Below, one piece after another: positions 32,169-40,928 of a stretch of 64,000 nucleotides of DNA; position 1 is the first letter of the stretch, and each line of letters begins with the position of its first letter. The notes under the pieces were generated by a model that searched no databases, had not been told where the DNA came from, and saw nothing but the letters and a program-made list of their open reading frames with translations. The stretch is from Candidatus Alistipes avicola (lineage in GTDB: Bacteria > Bacteroidota > Bacteroidia > Bacteroidales > Rikenellaceae): positions 13,323 through 77,322 of the forward strand of contig DWYR01000012.1 in assembly GCA_019118565.1 (NCBI GenBank), read 5' to 3'. A program made the position numbers and the translations under genes.

Positions 32169-32507
32169 ATGGCAGAACAGCAGGCGATCAAGCTCAAAAT
32201 AGCAGGCAAAAGCTACTCGTTCACGTTAAAGCACGAGGCAGGTGATGCTCAAAGTCTGACCGATAAGGAGGAGCTTTACCGACTGGCTGAACGCGAGGTG
32301 AACACCTACGTCACCCGATTCGAAAAAGCCCGGTACGAGGGTTTTTCCACGCAGGACTGTCTGGCCATGGCAGCCTTGCAGTTGGCTATTTCGAATATCG
32401 GTCTTTCGCGGAGTCGGGAGGTCGGCAGCGAAGACCTTCAACGCCTGGAGGCACTGCTCGGTGAGGTCGATCAGTATATGAATCGGATCGATCCCGAAAA
32501 AAAATAA
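32169..32507 (+). CDS. zapA: Cell division protein ZapA
   Basis: 112-aa ORF with a ZapA-like N-terminus (IKLKIAGKSYSFTL) and a C-terminal coiled coil. The zapA-rny neighbourhood is typical of Bacteroidetes. Confidence 0.75.
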   Translation: MAEQQAIKLKIAGKSYSFTLKHEAGDAQSLTDKEELYRLAEREVNTYVTRFEKARYEGFSTQDCLAMAALQLAISNIGLSRSREVGSEDLQRLEALLGEVDQYMNRIDPEKK

Positions 32508-32588
32508 TCGCGCGATACGGCTCCGCAAATAGAAGAAAAACGGCCAGCCTATCGCAAGAGTTCTTTAACATACATTTAAGAAAAATCT

Positions 32589-32790
32589 ACCCGCATAGAT
32601 TCCTTAAAGCTTTGCGAAACTGAACAAATTTTACATTGGGGCAACTCACCACTCTCAAAACCAGGCTTCGACCCCTCACGGGGTGTAGGCTGCGGCTTAC
32701 CGGTAGAAGGTTGCGACTTTCGGGAGCCCCCACACTTGACTAATCTTGCAGATTCGTCAAACAAGACAAGGAACTCTATGCGGTTTTTTT
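32589..32790 (+). ncRNA. Candidate 6S-like (SsrS-like) structured RNA
   Basis: The 330-nt gap has no plausible ORF. A near-consensus -7 box TACATTTA lies at 32571-32578. A closing helix forms between CCGCATAG-A-TTCC (32591-32603) and GGAA-CT-CTATGCGG (32770-32783), followed by T7. An interior helix pairs TGGGGC (32637-42) with GCCCCCA (32726-32). These helices flank roughly 11-nt unpaired stretches on both strands, which would be the central bubble. The position downstream of zapA matches E. coli ssrS. Confidence 0.45.
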
Positions 32791-32841
32791 GTATAAAGAC
32801 ATTAACTAAATACTAACTATAATAAATAACTCTCAAAAACA

Positions 32842-34389
32842 ATGATGACTACTATACTATCGAGCGTCATATCCGCTGTAGTATGTGTGAGCGTTTACAT
32901 TCTGATCACGCGTTACGTGACCAAGAAGAACCTCAAATCACTGCGCGAAGCGGCCCGAAAAGAGGCTGAGGCGGAAGGCGAAATGATAAAGAAGGAGAAG
33001 ATCCTTCAGGCAAAAGAGAAGTTCATCCAGCTCAAGAGCGAGCATGACCGTCAGGTCAACGAACGCAACCAAAAGGTAGCCCAGATGGAGCAGCGCGCCA
33101 AGCAGATCGAAAGCAACCTGCAGGGGCAGCAGCGCGAACTGGAGAACAAGCTCAAGGAGAACAACCGCCTGAAAGAGCAGATGGAGAACCAGATGCAGCT
33201 ACTCGAGACGAAGAAGGAGGAGGTGGACCGTCTGATGCGCGAGCAGAATACCCGTCTGGAACAGATCTCGGGTATGAGTTCCGAGGAGGCCAAATCCATC
33301 CTGATCGAGAACATGAAGGCCGAGGCCAAAACCGAAGCTGCCGCCTACATCAACGAGACGATCGAAGAGGCAAAGATGACCGCCACGAAGGAGGCAAAAC
33401 GTATCATTGTCGCCTCAATCCAACGTGTAGCGACAGAGACGGTGATTGAGAACGCCGTTACGGTCTTCAATATCGAAAGCGACGAGGTGAAAGGCCGCAT
33501 CATCGGCCGCGAGGGACGTAACATCCGCGCCCTGGAAGCTGCCACCGGTATCGAGATCATCGTGGACGACACCCCGGAGGCGATCATCCTGAGCGGCTTC
33601 GACCCCGTCCGCCGCGAAATTGCCCGCCTGGCCCTGCACCAGCTGGTAACCGACGGCCGCATCCATCCGGCCCGCATCGAGGAGGTCGTGGCCAAAGTAC
33701 AGAAGCAGATCGAGGAGGAGATCGTCGAAGTGGGTAAACGTACCGCCATCGACCTGGGTATCCACGGTCTGCATCCCGAACTGATCCGCATGATCGGCAA
33801 GATGAAGTATCGCTCCTCCTACGGACAGAACCTGTTGCAGCACGCCCGTGAGACGGCCAACCTGGCCGGCATCATGGCTGCCGAGTTGGGATTGAACCCC
33901 AAAACGGCCCGTCGTGCCGGTCTGTTGCACGATATCGGCAAGGTTCCCGATGACGAGCCGGAACTCCCGCACGCAATCATCGGCATGAAACTGGCCGAGA
34001 AATACAAGGAGAAACCCGAAATCTGCAATGCCATCGGAGCCCACCATGACGAGATCGAGATGTCCTCGATGATCGCTCCGATCATTCAGGTTTGCGATGC
34101 CATCTCCGGAGCCCGTCCGGGTGCCCGTCGCGAAGTGGTCGAAAGCTACATCAAACGACTCAAGGAGATGGAGGATATTGCCCTCTCCTACCCCGGTGTC
34201 GTGAAGACCTATGCTATCCAGGCCGGTCGTGAATTGCGAGTAATCGTCGGAGCGGAGAAACTTTCGGATATGGAGTCTGAAAACCTGTCGCACGAAATCG
34301 CCAAGAAGATCCAGGATGAAATGACGTATCCGGGTCAGGTGAAGATTACCGTTATCCGCGAGACCCGCGCCGTAGCCTACGCTAAATAA
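32842..34389 (+). CDS. rny: Ribonuclease Y
   Basis: 515-aa ORF with an N-terminal TM helix, a long coiled coil, a KH domain ([15 protein letters not shown]) and an HD domain (LLHDIGK, GAHH). Confidence 0.96.
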   Translation: MMTTILSSVISAVVCVSVYILITRYVTKKNLKSLREAARKEAEAEGEMIKKEKILQAKEKFIQLKSEHDRQVNERNQKVAQMEQRAKQIESNLQGQQRELENKLKENNRLKEQMENQMQLLETKKEEVDRLMREQNTRLEQISGMSSEEAKSILIENMKAEAKTEAAAYINETIEEAKMTATKEAKRIIVASIQRVATETVIENAVTVFNIESDEVKGRIIGREGRNIRALEAATGIEIIVDDTPEAIILSGFDPVRREIARLALHQLVTDGRIHPARIEEVVAKVQKQIEEEIVEVGKRTAIDLGIHGLHPELIRMIGKMKYRSSYGQNLLQHARETANLAGIMAAELGLNPKTARRAGLLHDIGKVPDDEPELPHAIIGMKLAEKYKEKPEICNAIGAHHDEIEMSSMIAPIIQVCDAISGARPGARREVVESYIKRLKEMEDIALSYPGVVKTYAIQAGRELRVIVGAEKLSDMESENLSHEIAKKIQDEMTYPGQVKITVIRETRAVAYAK

Positions 34390-34676
34390 TAGACCCGGAT
34401 ACGCCATTCGGCTCTATTGACAATCCGCCCTAAACCCCTCCTTTGAAAAGGAGGAACTTTAGGCTGAAGCCTCCGGGTCAGGTGAAGATCACCGTTATCC
34501 GCGAAACCCGCGCCGTAGCCTACGCTAAATAATAGACCCGGATAACGCCATTCGGCTCTATTGACAATCCGCCCTAAATCCCTCCTTTGAAAAGGAGGGA
34601 CTTTAGGCTGAAGCCTCCGGGGCAGGTGAAGATTACCGTTATCCGCGAGACCCGTGCCGTTGCTTACGCCAAATAA
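34329..34676 (+). repeat. Tandem repeat with a ~143-144-bp unit in about 2.4 copies. Each unit starts with a copy of the last ~19 codons plus the stop codon of rny.
   Basis: Unit starts (TCCGGGTCAGGTGAAGAT...) are at 34329, 34472 and 34616. The segment [18 protein letters not shown]-stop is re-encoded three times. Each of the two spacers contains the hairpin CCTCCTT-TGAA-AAGGAGG nested inside GCCCTAAA/CTTTAGGC. Confidence 0.9.
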
Positions 34677-34706
34677 AAACACGGATAACAAAATAGAACA
34701 TCTCAC

Positions 34707-34735
34707 AGCCCCTCGCCTCAACGAGGGGCTTTTTT
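34707..34735 (+). terminator. Intrinsic terminator after the rny repeat array
   Basis: AGCCCCTCG-CCTCAA-CGAGGGGCT runs into T6. Confidence 0.8.
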
Positions 34736-34744
34736 CAGACAATC

Positions 34745-35371
34745 ATGGATTCGGAACTGAAGAGATACATCGAAGAGCGGATCATCCCTCTATACGACCG
34801 ATTCGATAAGGGGCACAACCGACAGCACGTCGAAGCCGTCATCACCCAAAGTCTTGCCCTGGCAACCCACTACGAGGTAAACGAAGCAATGGTCTATACG
34901 ATTGCCGCCTATCACGATACAGGACTCGTCAAAGGTCGGGAGCTGCACCACCTCTACTCCGGAGAGATCCTCGCCTCCGATCGGGAGTTGAGCCCCTGGT
35001 TCACCCCGCAGCAGATCGAGACGATGCGCGAGGCGGTCGAAGACCACCGGGCCTCTTCGACGCACGAGCCCCGCTCGCTGTACGGACGGATCGTTGCCGA
35101 AGCGGACCGACAGATCGACCCGATGACCATTCTCCGACGAACGATCCAATACGGATTGGCCAACTACCCGGAGCTAAATAAAGAGGGTCATTACCGACGT
35201 TGTCTGGAACACCTGCATAAAAAATATGCAACGGGTGGTTATCTGAAACTCTGGATCCCCGAATCGGAGAACGCCCGGCAATTGGAGGAGTTGCGCAGCC
35301 TCATTACCGATCAAACGAGATTGCGCCAACTGTTCGACGAACTGTTTGACCGGGAGACTGGGGAAGAGTAA
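34745..35371 (+). CDS. HD-domain phosphohydrolase family protein
   Basis: 208-aa ORF with H..HV and AAYHDTG motifs. Confidence 0.8.
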   Translation: MDSELKRYIEERIIPLYDRFDKGHNRQHVEAVITQSLALATHYEVNEAMVYTIAAYHDTGLVKGRELHHLYSGEILASDRELSPWFTPQQIETMREAVEDHRASSTHEPRSLYGRIVAEADRQIDPMTILRRTIQYGLANYPELNKEGHYRRCLEHLHKKYATGGYLKLWIPESENARQLEELRSLITDQTRLRQLFDELFDRETGEE

Positions 35372-35386
35372 AGCGCCGCCACAAAA

Positions 35387-35426
35387 CAAAAGAGGATGCC
35401 TCTCGTGGGGGCATCCTCCTCTTTTA
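35387..35426. terminator. Bidirectional terminator between the HD-domain gene and gcvT
   Basis: GAGGATGCC-TCTCGTGG-GGCATCCTC flanked by an A-rich stretch and a T-rich stretch. Confidence 0.65.
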
Positions 35427-35439
35427 TACAGTATCGGAA

Positions 35440-36549
35440 CTATTTGTTACCGATGAAAGGCAGTTTTACAACCTCGGCTTTCAGCAGTTTACCACGAACT
35501 ACGACAGCAATCTGCGTACCGGCCTTTGCGTACTCCTTCTTCACGTAACCCATACCGATCGGCTCTTTCAGGCTGGGAGACATCGTACCCGAGGTCACCT
35601 CACCGATGATCTCGCCCTCGGGCGATGCGAGCTGATAGCCGTGACGCGGAATACCGCGGTCAATCAGTTTGAAACCAACCAGCTTGCGGGTCAGGCCACC
35701 CGCTTTCTGCTCCTCCATCAGTTTGCGGTCGATGAAGTCCTTACCATCGACGAACTTAGTCAGCCAGTTCAGACCAGCCTCAATCGGAGAGGTCGTATCG
35801 TTGATATCGTTTCCATAGAGGCAGAAGCCCATCTCCAGACGGAGCGTATCGCGCGCACCCAGACCGATGTTCTTCAGTCCCTCTTTCTCACCAGCCTCCC
35901 AAAGGGCTTTCCATACTTTCTCACCGTCCTCGTTGGCAACGTAGATCTCGCAGCCACCTGCACCGGTGTAACCCGTAATCGAGAGGATTGCATCGCAACC
36001 GGCTACCTTCAGCTTCTTGAAGGTGTAGTACTCCATATCCTCAACCGGCTCGTCGCACATCTTCTGTACGATCTTCATGGCATTGGGGCCCTGAACAGCC
36101 AGCTGGCAGATCTCATCCGATGCATTGTAGAGCTCCTTGCCGTGGCCAGCCTCCATACCGAAAGCCTTGCCCTGCTCTACGATGTGGTTCCAGTCCTTCT
36201 CGATGTTGGCAGCATTGACAACCAACAGGTAGGTCTCTGCGTTGATACGGTAAACGAGCAGGTCGTCTACGATACCGCCCTTGCCGTTAGGCATGGTCGT
36301 ATACTGAATCTTACCGTCATAGAGAGCGGCAACGTCGTTGGTCGTGATGCGCTGGAGCAGAGCCTCGGCTTTGGGACCCTTAACCCAGATCTCACCCATG
36401 TGGCTCACGTCGAATACACCGGCGTTGCTGCGAACGCAGAGGTGCTCCTCGTTGATACCGGTGAACTCGATCGGCATGTTGTAGCCGGCGAACTCAGCCA
36501 TCTTGGCTCCGTTCTCAATGTGATGTTTGGTAAAAACCGTTGTTTTCAT
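35440..36549 (-). CDS. gcvT: Glycine cleavage system aminomethyltransferase (T protein)
   Basis: 369-aa ORF: [29 protein letters not shown]...FDVSHMGE. Confidence 0.95.
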   Translation of the reverse strand: MKTTVFTKHHIENGAKMAEFAGYNMPIEFTGINEEHLCVRSNAGVFDVSHMGEIWVKGPKAEALLQRITTNDVAALYDGKIQYTTMPNGKGGIVDDLLVYRINAETYLLVVNAANIEKDWNHIVEQGKAFGMEAGHGKELYNASDEICQLAVQGPNAMKIVQKMCDEPVEDMEYYTFKKLKVAGCDAILSITGYTGAGGCEIYVANEDGEKVWKALWEAGEKEGLKNIGLGARDTLRLEMGFCLYGNDINDTTSPIEAGLNWLTKFVDGKDFIDRKLMEEQKAGGLTRKLVGFKLIDRGIPRHGYQLASPEGEIIGEVTSGTMSPSLKEPIGMGYVKKEYAKAGTQIAVVVRGKLLKAEVVKLPFIGNK

Positions 36550-36597
36550 TGTTTTCGATTGTTTTATAATAGTAATTGTTTGATTTTTGGAATGATC

Positions 36598-37806
36598 TTA
36601 TTCGCGGCGCTTCACACCCATCCGAGGACAGCGGTGAAACTCCTTGGTACGGTCGAACAGATAACGGTACGTTGTATGCATCTTGTGTTTCGAGGCATTC
36701 ACGTAGGTCTCGATCATGCGGTTCATGACCGGATTGAAATCCCCGATCCAGGCAAACTCCATGCTCTTGTAGTGTTTGTTGCGTTTCTTGACATACTCGT
36801 CATGAATATAGCACATGATGGCCGACTCGACACCCTTACCCTGGAACTCGGGCGTAATGCCGAAGATGACTCCGAACATACGGTCGCACTTTTTGCGAAC
36901 CTTCAGATCCCACATGAGCTGCAACTTCTGCCACAGGCCGAATTTACCGTTGAAGCGGCCGACCAGACGGTTCAGGTCGGGAATCATCACGAAGAATCCG
37001 ATCGGTTCATCGTTGAACCAGGCAAAAAAGATGATCTCCGGGTCGATAATCGGGCGCATCGTCCGCATCATCTCGAGTGCCTCTTCGCGCGTCATCGGCT
37101 TTACACCCGAGAACAGAGCCCACGCCTTGTTATAGATCAGACGTATGTTTTCAGCAGCCTCCTCCAGATTCTTCATGTCGAGATGGCCGACACGGTATCC
37201 CGGCGTTTCGTACAGATGGGCCGCACGCTCACGGGAACGGGTCGGCAGGGTACCGGTATCGATACGCCAGATATAGGTATTCTGATCGAAATAGTTTTGA
37301 AATCCGTAATTTTCAAAGAGCTCCTTATAATAAGGGGGATTGTAAGGATTCTCGTAAAGAGGCTGGAATTCATATCCATTTACCAGCAGGCCCCACCACG
37401 AATTACGCGGTCCGAAGTTAATCGGCCCGTCCATCGCCTCCATTCCCCGACTGGCAAGCCACATACGGGCTGCATCGAACAACAGATTGGCCAGCTCCTG
37501 GTCATTGATCGCCTCGAAGAAGCCGCAACCACCCGTCGGTTGCTCCTCCAGATAGGCGTGCTCCCTGTCATAGAAAGCCGCAATACGGCCGACCACCTCG
37601 CCCTGAGCATTACGGGCGATCCAGCGAATCGCCTCTCCTTCAGCGAACATATCGTTCTTTTTCGGGTCGAAAACAGCCTGAATGGTCGGATCGAGGGGGC
37701 ACACCCAGTTCCGATTCCCCTTGTAAATCCGTCGGGGCAGATCAAGGAACTCGCGCTCGGTACGCGCATCGGTCACCTCCTGCAAAATATATTTGTCTGA
37801 GCTCAT
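36598..37806 (-). CDS. Conserved hypothetical protein, possibly a GNAT-like acyltransferase
   Basis: 402-aa ORF with normal composition and clean gene boundaries. The functional call rests only on weak recollection of the family. Confidence 0.55.
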   Translation of the reverse strand: MSSDKYILQEVTDARTEREFLDLPRRIYKGNRNWVCPLDPTIQAVFDPKKNDMFAEGEAIRWIARNAQGEVVGRIAAFYDREHAYLEEQPTGGCGFFEAINDQELANLLFDAARMWLASRGMEAMDGPINFGPRNSWWGLLVNGYEFQPLYENPYNPPYYKELFENYGFQNYFDQNTYIWRIDTGTLPTRSRERAAHLYETPGYRVGHLDMKNLEEAAENIRLIYNKAWALFSGVKPMTREEALEMMRTMRPIIDPEIIFFAWFNDEPIGFFVMIPDLNRLVGRFNGKFGLWQKLQLMWDLKVRKKCDRMFGVIFGITPEFQGKGVESAIMCYIHDEYVKKRNKHYKSMEFAWIGDFNPVMNRMIETYVNASKHKMHTTYRYLFDRTKEFHRCPRMGVKRRE

Positions 37807-38040
37807 TGTCGATTAAAAGGTTTTATCCCAACAAAGATAGCAAATATTTTCCCAAAAATGCCTCTTATTTCTCCTTTCCATACAACTTTCACCCCGAGCC
37901 TCTGATTATATAGGAGAAAAGCACGTCATGCCCCCGGCAAAAAGGGATTATCACCGTCAGATTTTAACAAGCAAAAGCAACATTCTGAAAAAAAGCAATC
38001 TTTTCGACAAAAATAAATTACAATCTATAAGAATAAATAC

Positions 38041-38048
38041 TATCTTTG
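38041..38048 (+). promoter_or_regulatory. -7 box TATCTTTG for gdhA
   Basis: TAnnTTTG match about 36 nt upstream of the ATG. Confidence 0.5.
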
Positions 38049-38083
38049 CTCAGCGTTAAACCACAAATTTAAATCAATAGATT

Positions 38084-39424
38084 ATGAACGTTAACAATTT
38101 AATGGCAGAATTGGAGCGTAAGCACCCGGGTGAAAACGAATACCTGCAGGCTGTACGCGAGGTACTCGAGTCAATCGAGGAGGTTTACAACCAACACCCT
38201 GAATTTGAGAAGGCCAAAATCGTAGAGCGTATCGTTGAGCCGGATCGTATCTTCACGTTCCGCGTAACGTGGGTTGATGACAAAGGCGAGGTACAGACCA
38301 ACCTTGGTTACCGCGTTCAGTTCAACAGCGCAATCGGCCCCTACAAAGGTGGTCTGCGTTTCCACAAGGCTGTTAACCCCTCTATGCTGAAGTTCCTCGG
38401 TTTCGAGCAGACTTTCAAGAACGCCTTGACGACGCTTCCTATGGGTGGTGCAAAAGGTGGTTCGGACTTCGATCCGACCGGCAAATCGGATGCGGAGATC
38501 ATGCGTTTCTGCCAGGCCTTCATGCTTGAGTTGTGGCGCAACATCGGTGTTGACACCGACGTTCCTGCCGGCGACGTAGGCGTAGGCGGCCGTGAGATCG
38601 GTTTCCTGAACGGTATGTATCAGAAACTGGCTCGCCAGTACCACACGGGCGTTTTGACCGGTAAAGGTGAGACTTGGGGTGGTTCTATCCTCCGTCCTGA
38701 GGCAACCGGATTCGGCGCACTCTATTTCGTAGAGCACATGCTGAAACTGGCCGGCAAGAGCATCAAGGACAAGACGGTTGTTGTATCCGGCTTCGGTAAC
38801 GTAGCTTGGGGTGCATCGAAGAAAGCTATGGAGCTGGGTGCTAAAGTTATCGGTATCTCCGGTCCTGACGGTGTCGTATTCATCCCGAACGGTATGACTG
38901 CCGAGATGAACGACTATATGCTGGAGCTCCGCGCATCGAACCGCAACATCGTTGCTCCGTTCGCAGAAAAATTCCCTGGCACTACCTTCACTCCGGGCAA
39001 GAAAGCATGGAGCATCAAGTGCGATATCGCTCTGCCTTGCGCATTCCAGAACGAGTTGAACGGCGACGATGCAGCTGAGCTGCTGAAGAACGGCACCTGG
39101 TGCTGCGCCGAGGTTTCGAACATGGGTTGCACGCCGGAGGCTATCCACGCATTCCAGAAGGCTGGTATCCTCTTCGCTCCTGGTAAGGCTGTAAACGCCG
39201 GTGGTGTTGCTACTTCGGGTCTCGAGATGACTCAGAACTGCATGCACCTCTCCTGGTCTGGCAAAGAGGTGGACGAGAAACTCCACTTCATCATGGAGAG
39301 CATCCACAACGCGTGCGTTAAGTTCGGCAAACAGGCCGATGGCCACATCGACTATGTGAAGGGTGCCAACATCGCAGGCTTCATGAAGGTCGCTCAGGCA
39401 ATGCTCGAGCAGGGCGTTTTCTAA
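38084..39424 (+). CDS. gdhA: Glutamate dehydrogenase (NAD(P)-dependent)
   Basis: 446-aa ORF with motifs GPYKGGLRFH, LPMGGAKGG and GFGNVA. Confidence 0.97.
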   Translation: MNVNNLMAELERKHPGENEYLQAVREVLESIEEVYNQHPEFEKAKIVERIVEPDRIFTFRVTWVDDKGEVQTNLGYRVQFNSAIGPYKGGLRFHKAVNPSMLKFLGFEQTFKNALTTLPMGGAKGGSDFDPTGKSDAEIMRFCQAFMLELWRNIGVDTDVPAGDVGVGGREIGFLNGMYQKLARQYHTGVLTGKGETWGGSILRPEATGFGALYFVEHMLKLAGKSIKDKTVVVSGFGNVAWGASKKAMELGAKVIGISGPDGVVFIPNGMTAEMNDYMLELRASNRNIVAPFAEKFPGTTFTPGKKAWSIKCDIALPCAFQNELNGDDAAELLKNGTWCCAEVSNMGCTPEAIHAFQKAGILFAPGKAVNAGGVATSGLEMTQNCMHLSWSGKEVDEKLHFIMESIHNACVKFGKQADGHIDYVKGANIAGFMKVAQAMLEQGVF

Positions 39425-39445
39425 TCCGACCTTTTCTTAACGACA

Positions 39446-39480
39446 AGAGGTGCGATTTACATCGCACCTCTTTCTTTTTT
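39446..39480 (+). terminator. Intrinsic terminator after gdhA
   Basis: AGAGGTGCGAT-TTAC-ATCGCACCTCT followed by TTCTTTTTT. Confidence 0.8.
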
Positions 39481-39576
39481 ATCTCTGGTATCGATCGATA
39501 AAAATATAATATAAGGGATCCAGACGGCTTGCAGTTGATCCCACACTCCGACCCCGGATATAAAGGTACGCCTTTC

Positions 39577-40836
39577 TCAAAAAGCCATACAGATGGTAAT
39601 GGATAGATGCATCGTATTGAGATACTGATCGCTCCCATGACGCATAGGCGGCTGTAAATAATAAGTCGTCTGGAAACGAAGATCGAGATTATAATTGGCC
39701 CGGAAAGTCATCGAGGTACCTGCACCGAATACAGGGCCTCCGATCTTTCCCAACAAATATTGGTCGGAAGAGAGGGCTTTGTAATGCAAATATCCTCCCT
39801 GTACTTTTCCTCCCACCAACCACCTGGAAGACAGTGGATAAGAGATATACCCACCCAGGCAGGCCATGGCTCCGCTCAAGCGATCGATCGACATCTCATG
39901 ATTGACCCGCAACGGAGAACTGGAAACGGCAATACGCCCTCCGATACCGACATAAGGGGACAAGAACCAGGCTCCTTCGATACCTTGGCTAATACCGACC
40001 TCGAACGTTACGTGCATATCGGATGCCGGACGATAATGCCCCATAATGACCTCCAGCCCCTCGTCTATTCCCAGGAACGAAGGACACCGGAAACGATCGT
40101 AAAGAAATTCGTAATCCTGCTTACTCAAATCATTCCGGCCCCGATCCTTGTAGATCAGATCTGCGAACAAATAGCCCAATTCGACGGAGAGAATTCCAAT
40201 ACCGGCCCCAACCATCACATCGCTGAGCCAATGTTTGTTATTGAGCATTCGAGATACGCCTGTTGCGGTCGCCATCGAATATCCGGCAATGCTGTACCAT
40301 GGACTTCTCGCCCCATACTCCTTATACAACATCGTCGCCGTCATGAATGCGGTTGCCGTATGTCCCGATGGAAATGAATGTCGGTTTGACCCATCCGGAC
40401 GAGTCATTTTACAGGTGTATTTCAAGGTATTCACCGCTCCGGCCATCAATGCCGCCGAAAAGGCATCGCTCACCAACATTCGTCCCCACGAGCTGCGGCC
40501 CTTGACACCACCGGCTTTCAGACCCAGCATCAACGCTGCGGGGGCATACTGCAAATAATCATCATAATGATAACGAAACGTAGGAATATAATCATTCCTC
40601 AAATAGCGGAATCCTCGATCACGTTCCTGAATAATAATACCTGTAACGATAAGCGGGACCCCGATATAGGTCATCCGATAGGCTCGGGAAGAGGTTATCT
40701 TCTCCATTCTCTGGACAAAGGCCGATTGGGGCTTCTCCAGAGAATGGGGCTTCAATGAATCTATGTATGCAAAACCACGTACCGGGAATGCCAACAGCAA
40801 ACACAACAATATTATCGCTCGCATCAAAATATACAA
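39577..40836 (-). CDS. PAP2-family phosphatase with a ~190-aa beta-strand-rich C-terminal extension
   Basis: 419-aa ORF with PAP2 motifs (KYTCKMTRPDG, PSGHT, SRMLNNKHWLSDV). The C-terminal part shows an alternating beta-strand pattern and ends in ...SITICMAF. Confidence 0.85.
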   Translation of the reverse strand: MYILMRAIILLCLLLAFPVRGFAYIDSLKPHSLEKPQSAFVQRMEKITSSRAYRMTYIGVPLIVTGIIIQERDRGFRYLRNDYIPTFRYHYDDYLQYAPAALMLGLKAGGVKGRSSWGRMLVSDAFSAALMAGAVNTLKYTCKMTRPDGSNRHSFPSGHTATAFMTATMLYKEYGARSPWYSIAGYSMATATGVSRMLNNKHWLSDVMVGAGIGILSVELGYLFADLIYKDRGRNDLSKQDYEFLYDRFRCPSFLGIDEGLEVIMGHYRPASDMHVTFEVGISQGIEGAWFLSPYVGIGGRIAVSSSPLRVNHEMSIDRLSGAMACLGGYISYPLSSRWLVGGKVQGGYLHYKALSSDQYLLGKIGGPVFGAGTSMTFRANYNLDLRFQTTYYLQPPMRHGSDQYLNTMHLSITICMAF

Positions 40837-40928
40837 AAAGACCTCTTTATCCCCATAAACGACAAAGGCTCTGAAACATAAATCAGAACAAGAGGAGAGC
40901 GGTCTTTTACCGGTCTCCTCTCGTTTAA

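Noticed and set aside
34329-34676. Possible CRISPR array
   Set aside because: The period is ~143 bp, the whole unit is repeated, and there is no alternation of short repeats with unique spacers. No cas genes are present in the window.
34377-34742. 121-aa minus-strand ORF with an internally repeated peptide
   Set aside because: It is generated purely by reading through the rny 3' tandem repeat. It has no start context and no independent support.
35641-37800. 719-aa plus-strand ORF
   Set aside because: It lies antisense to gcvT and the 402-aa gene, both of which are clearly coding. It has no recognisable motifs.
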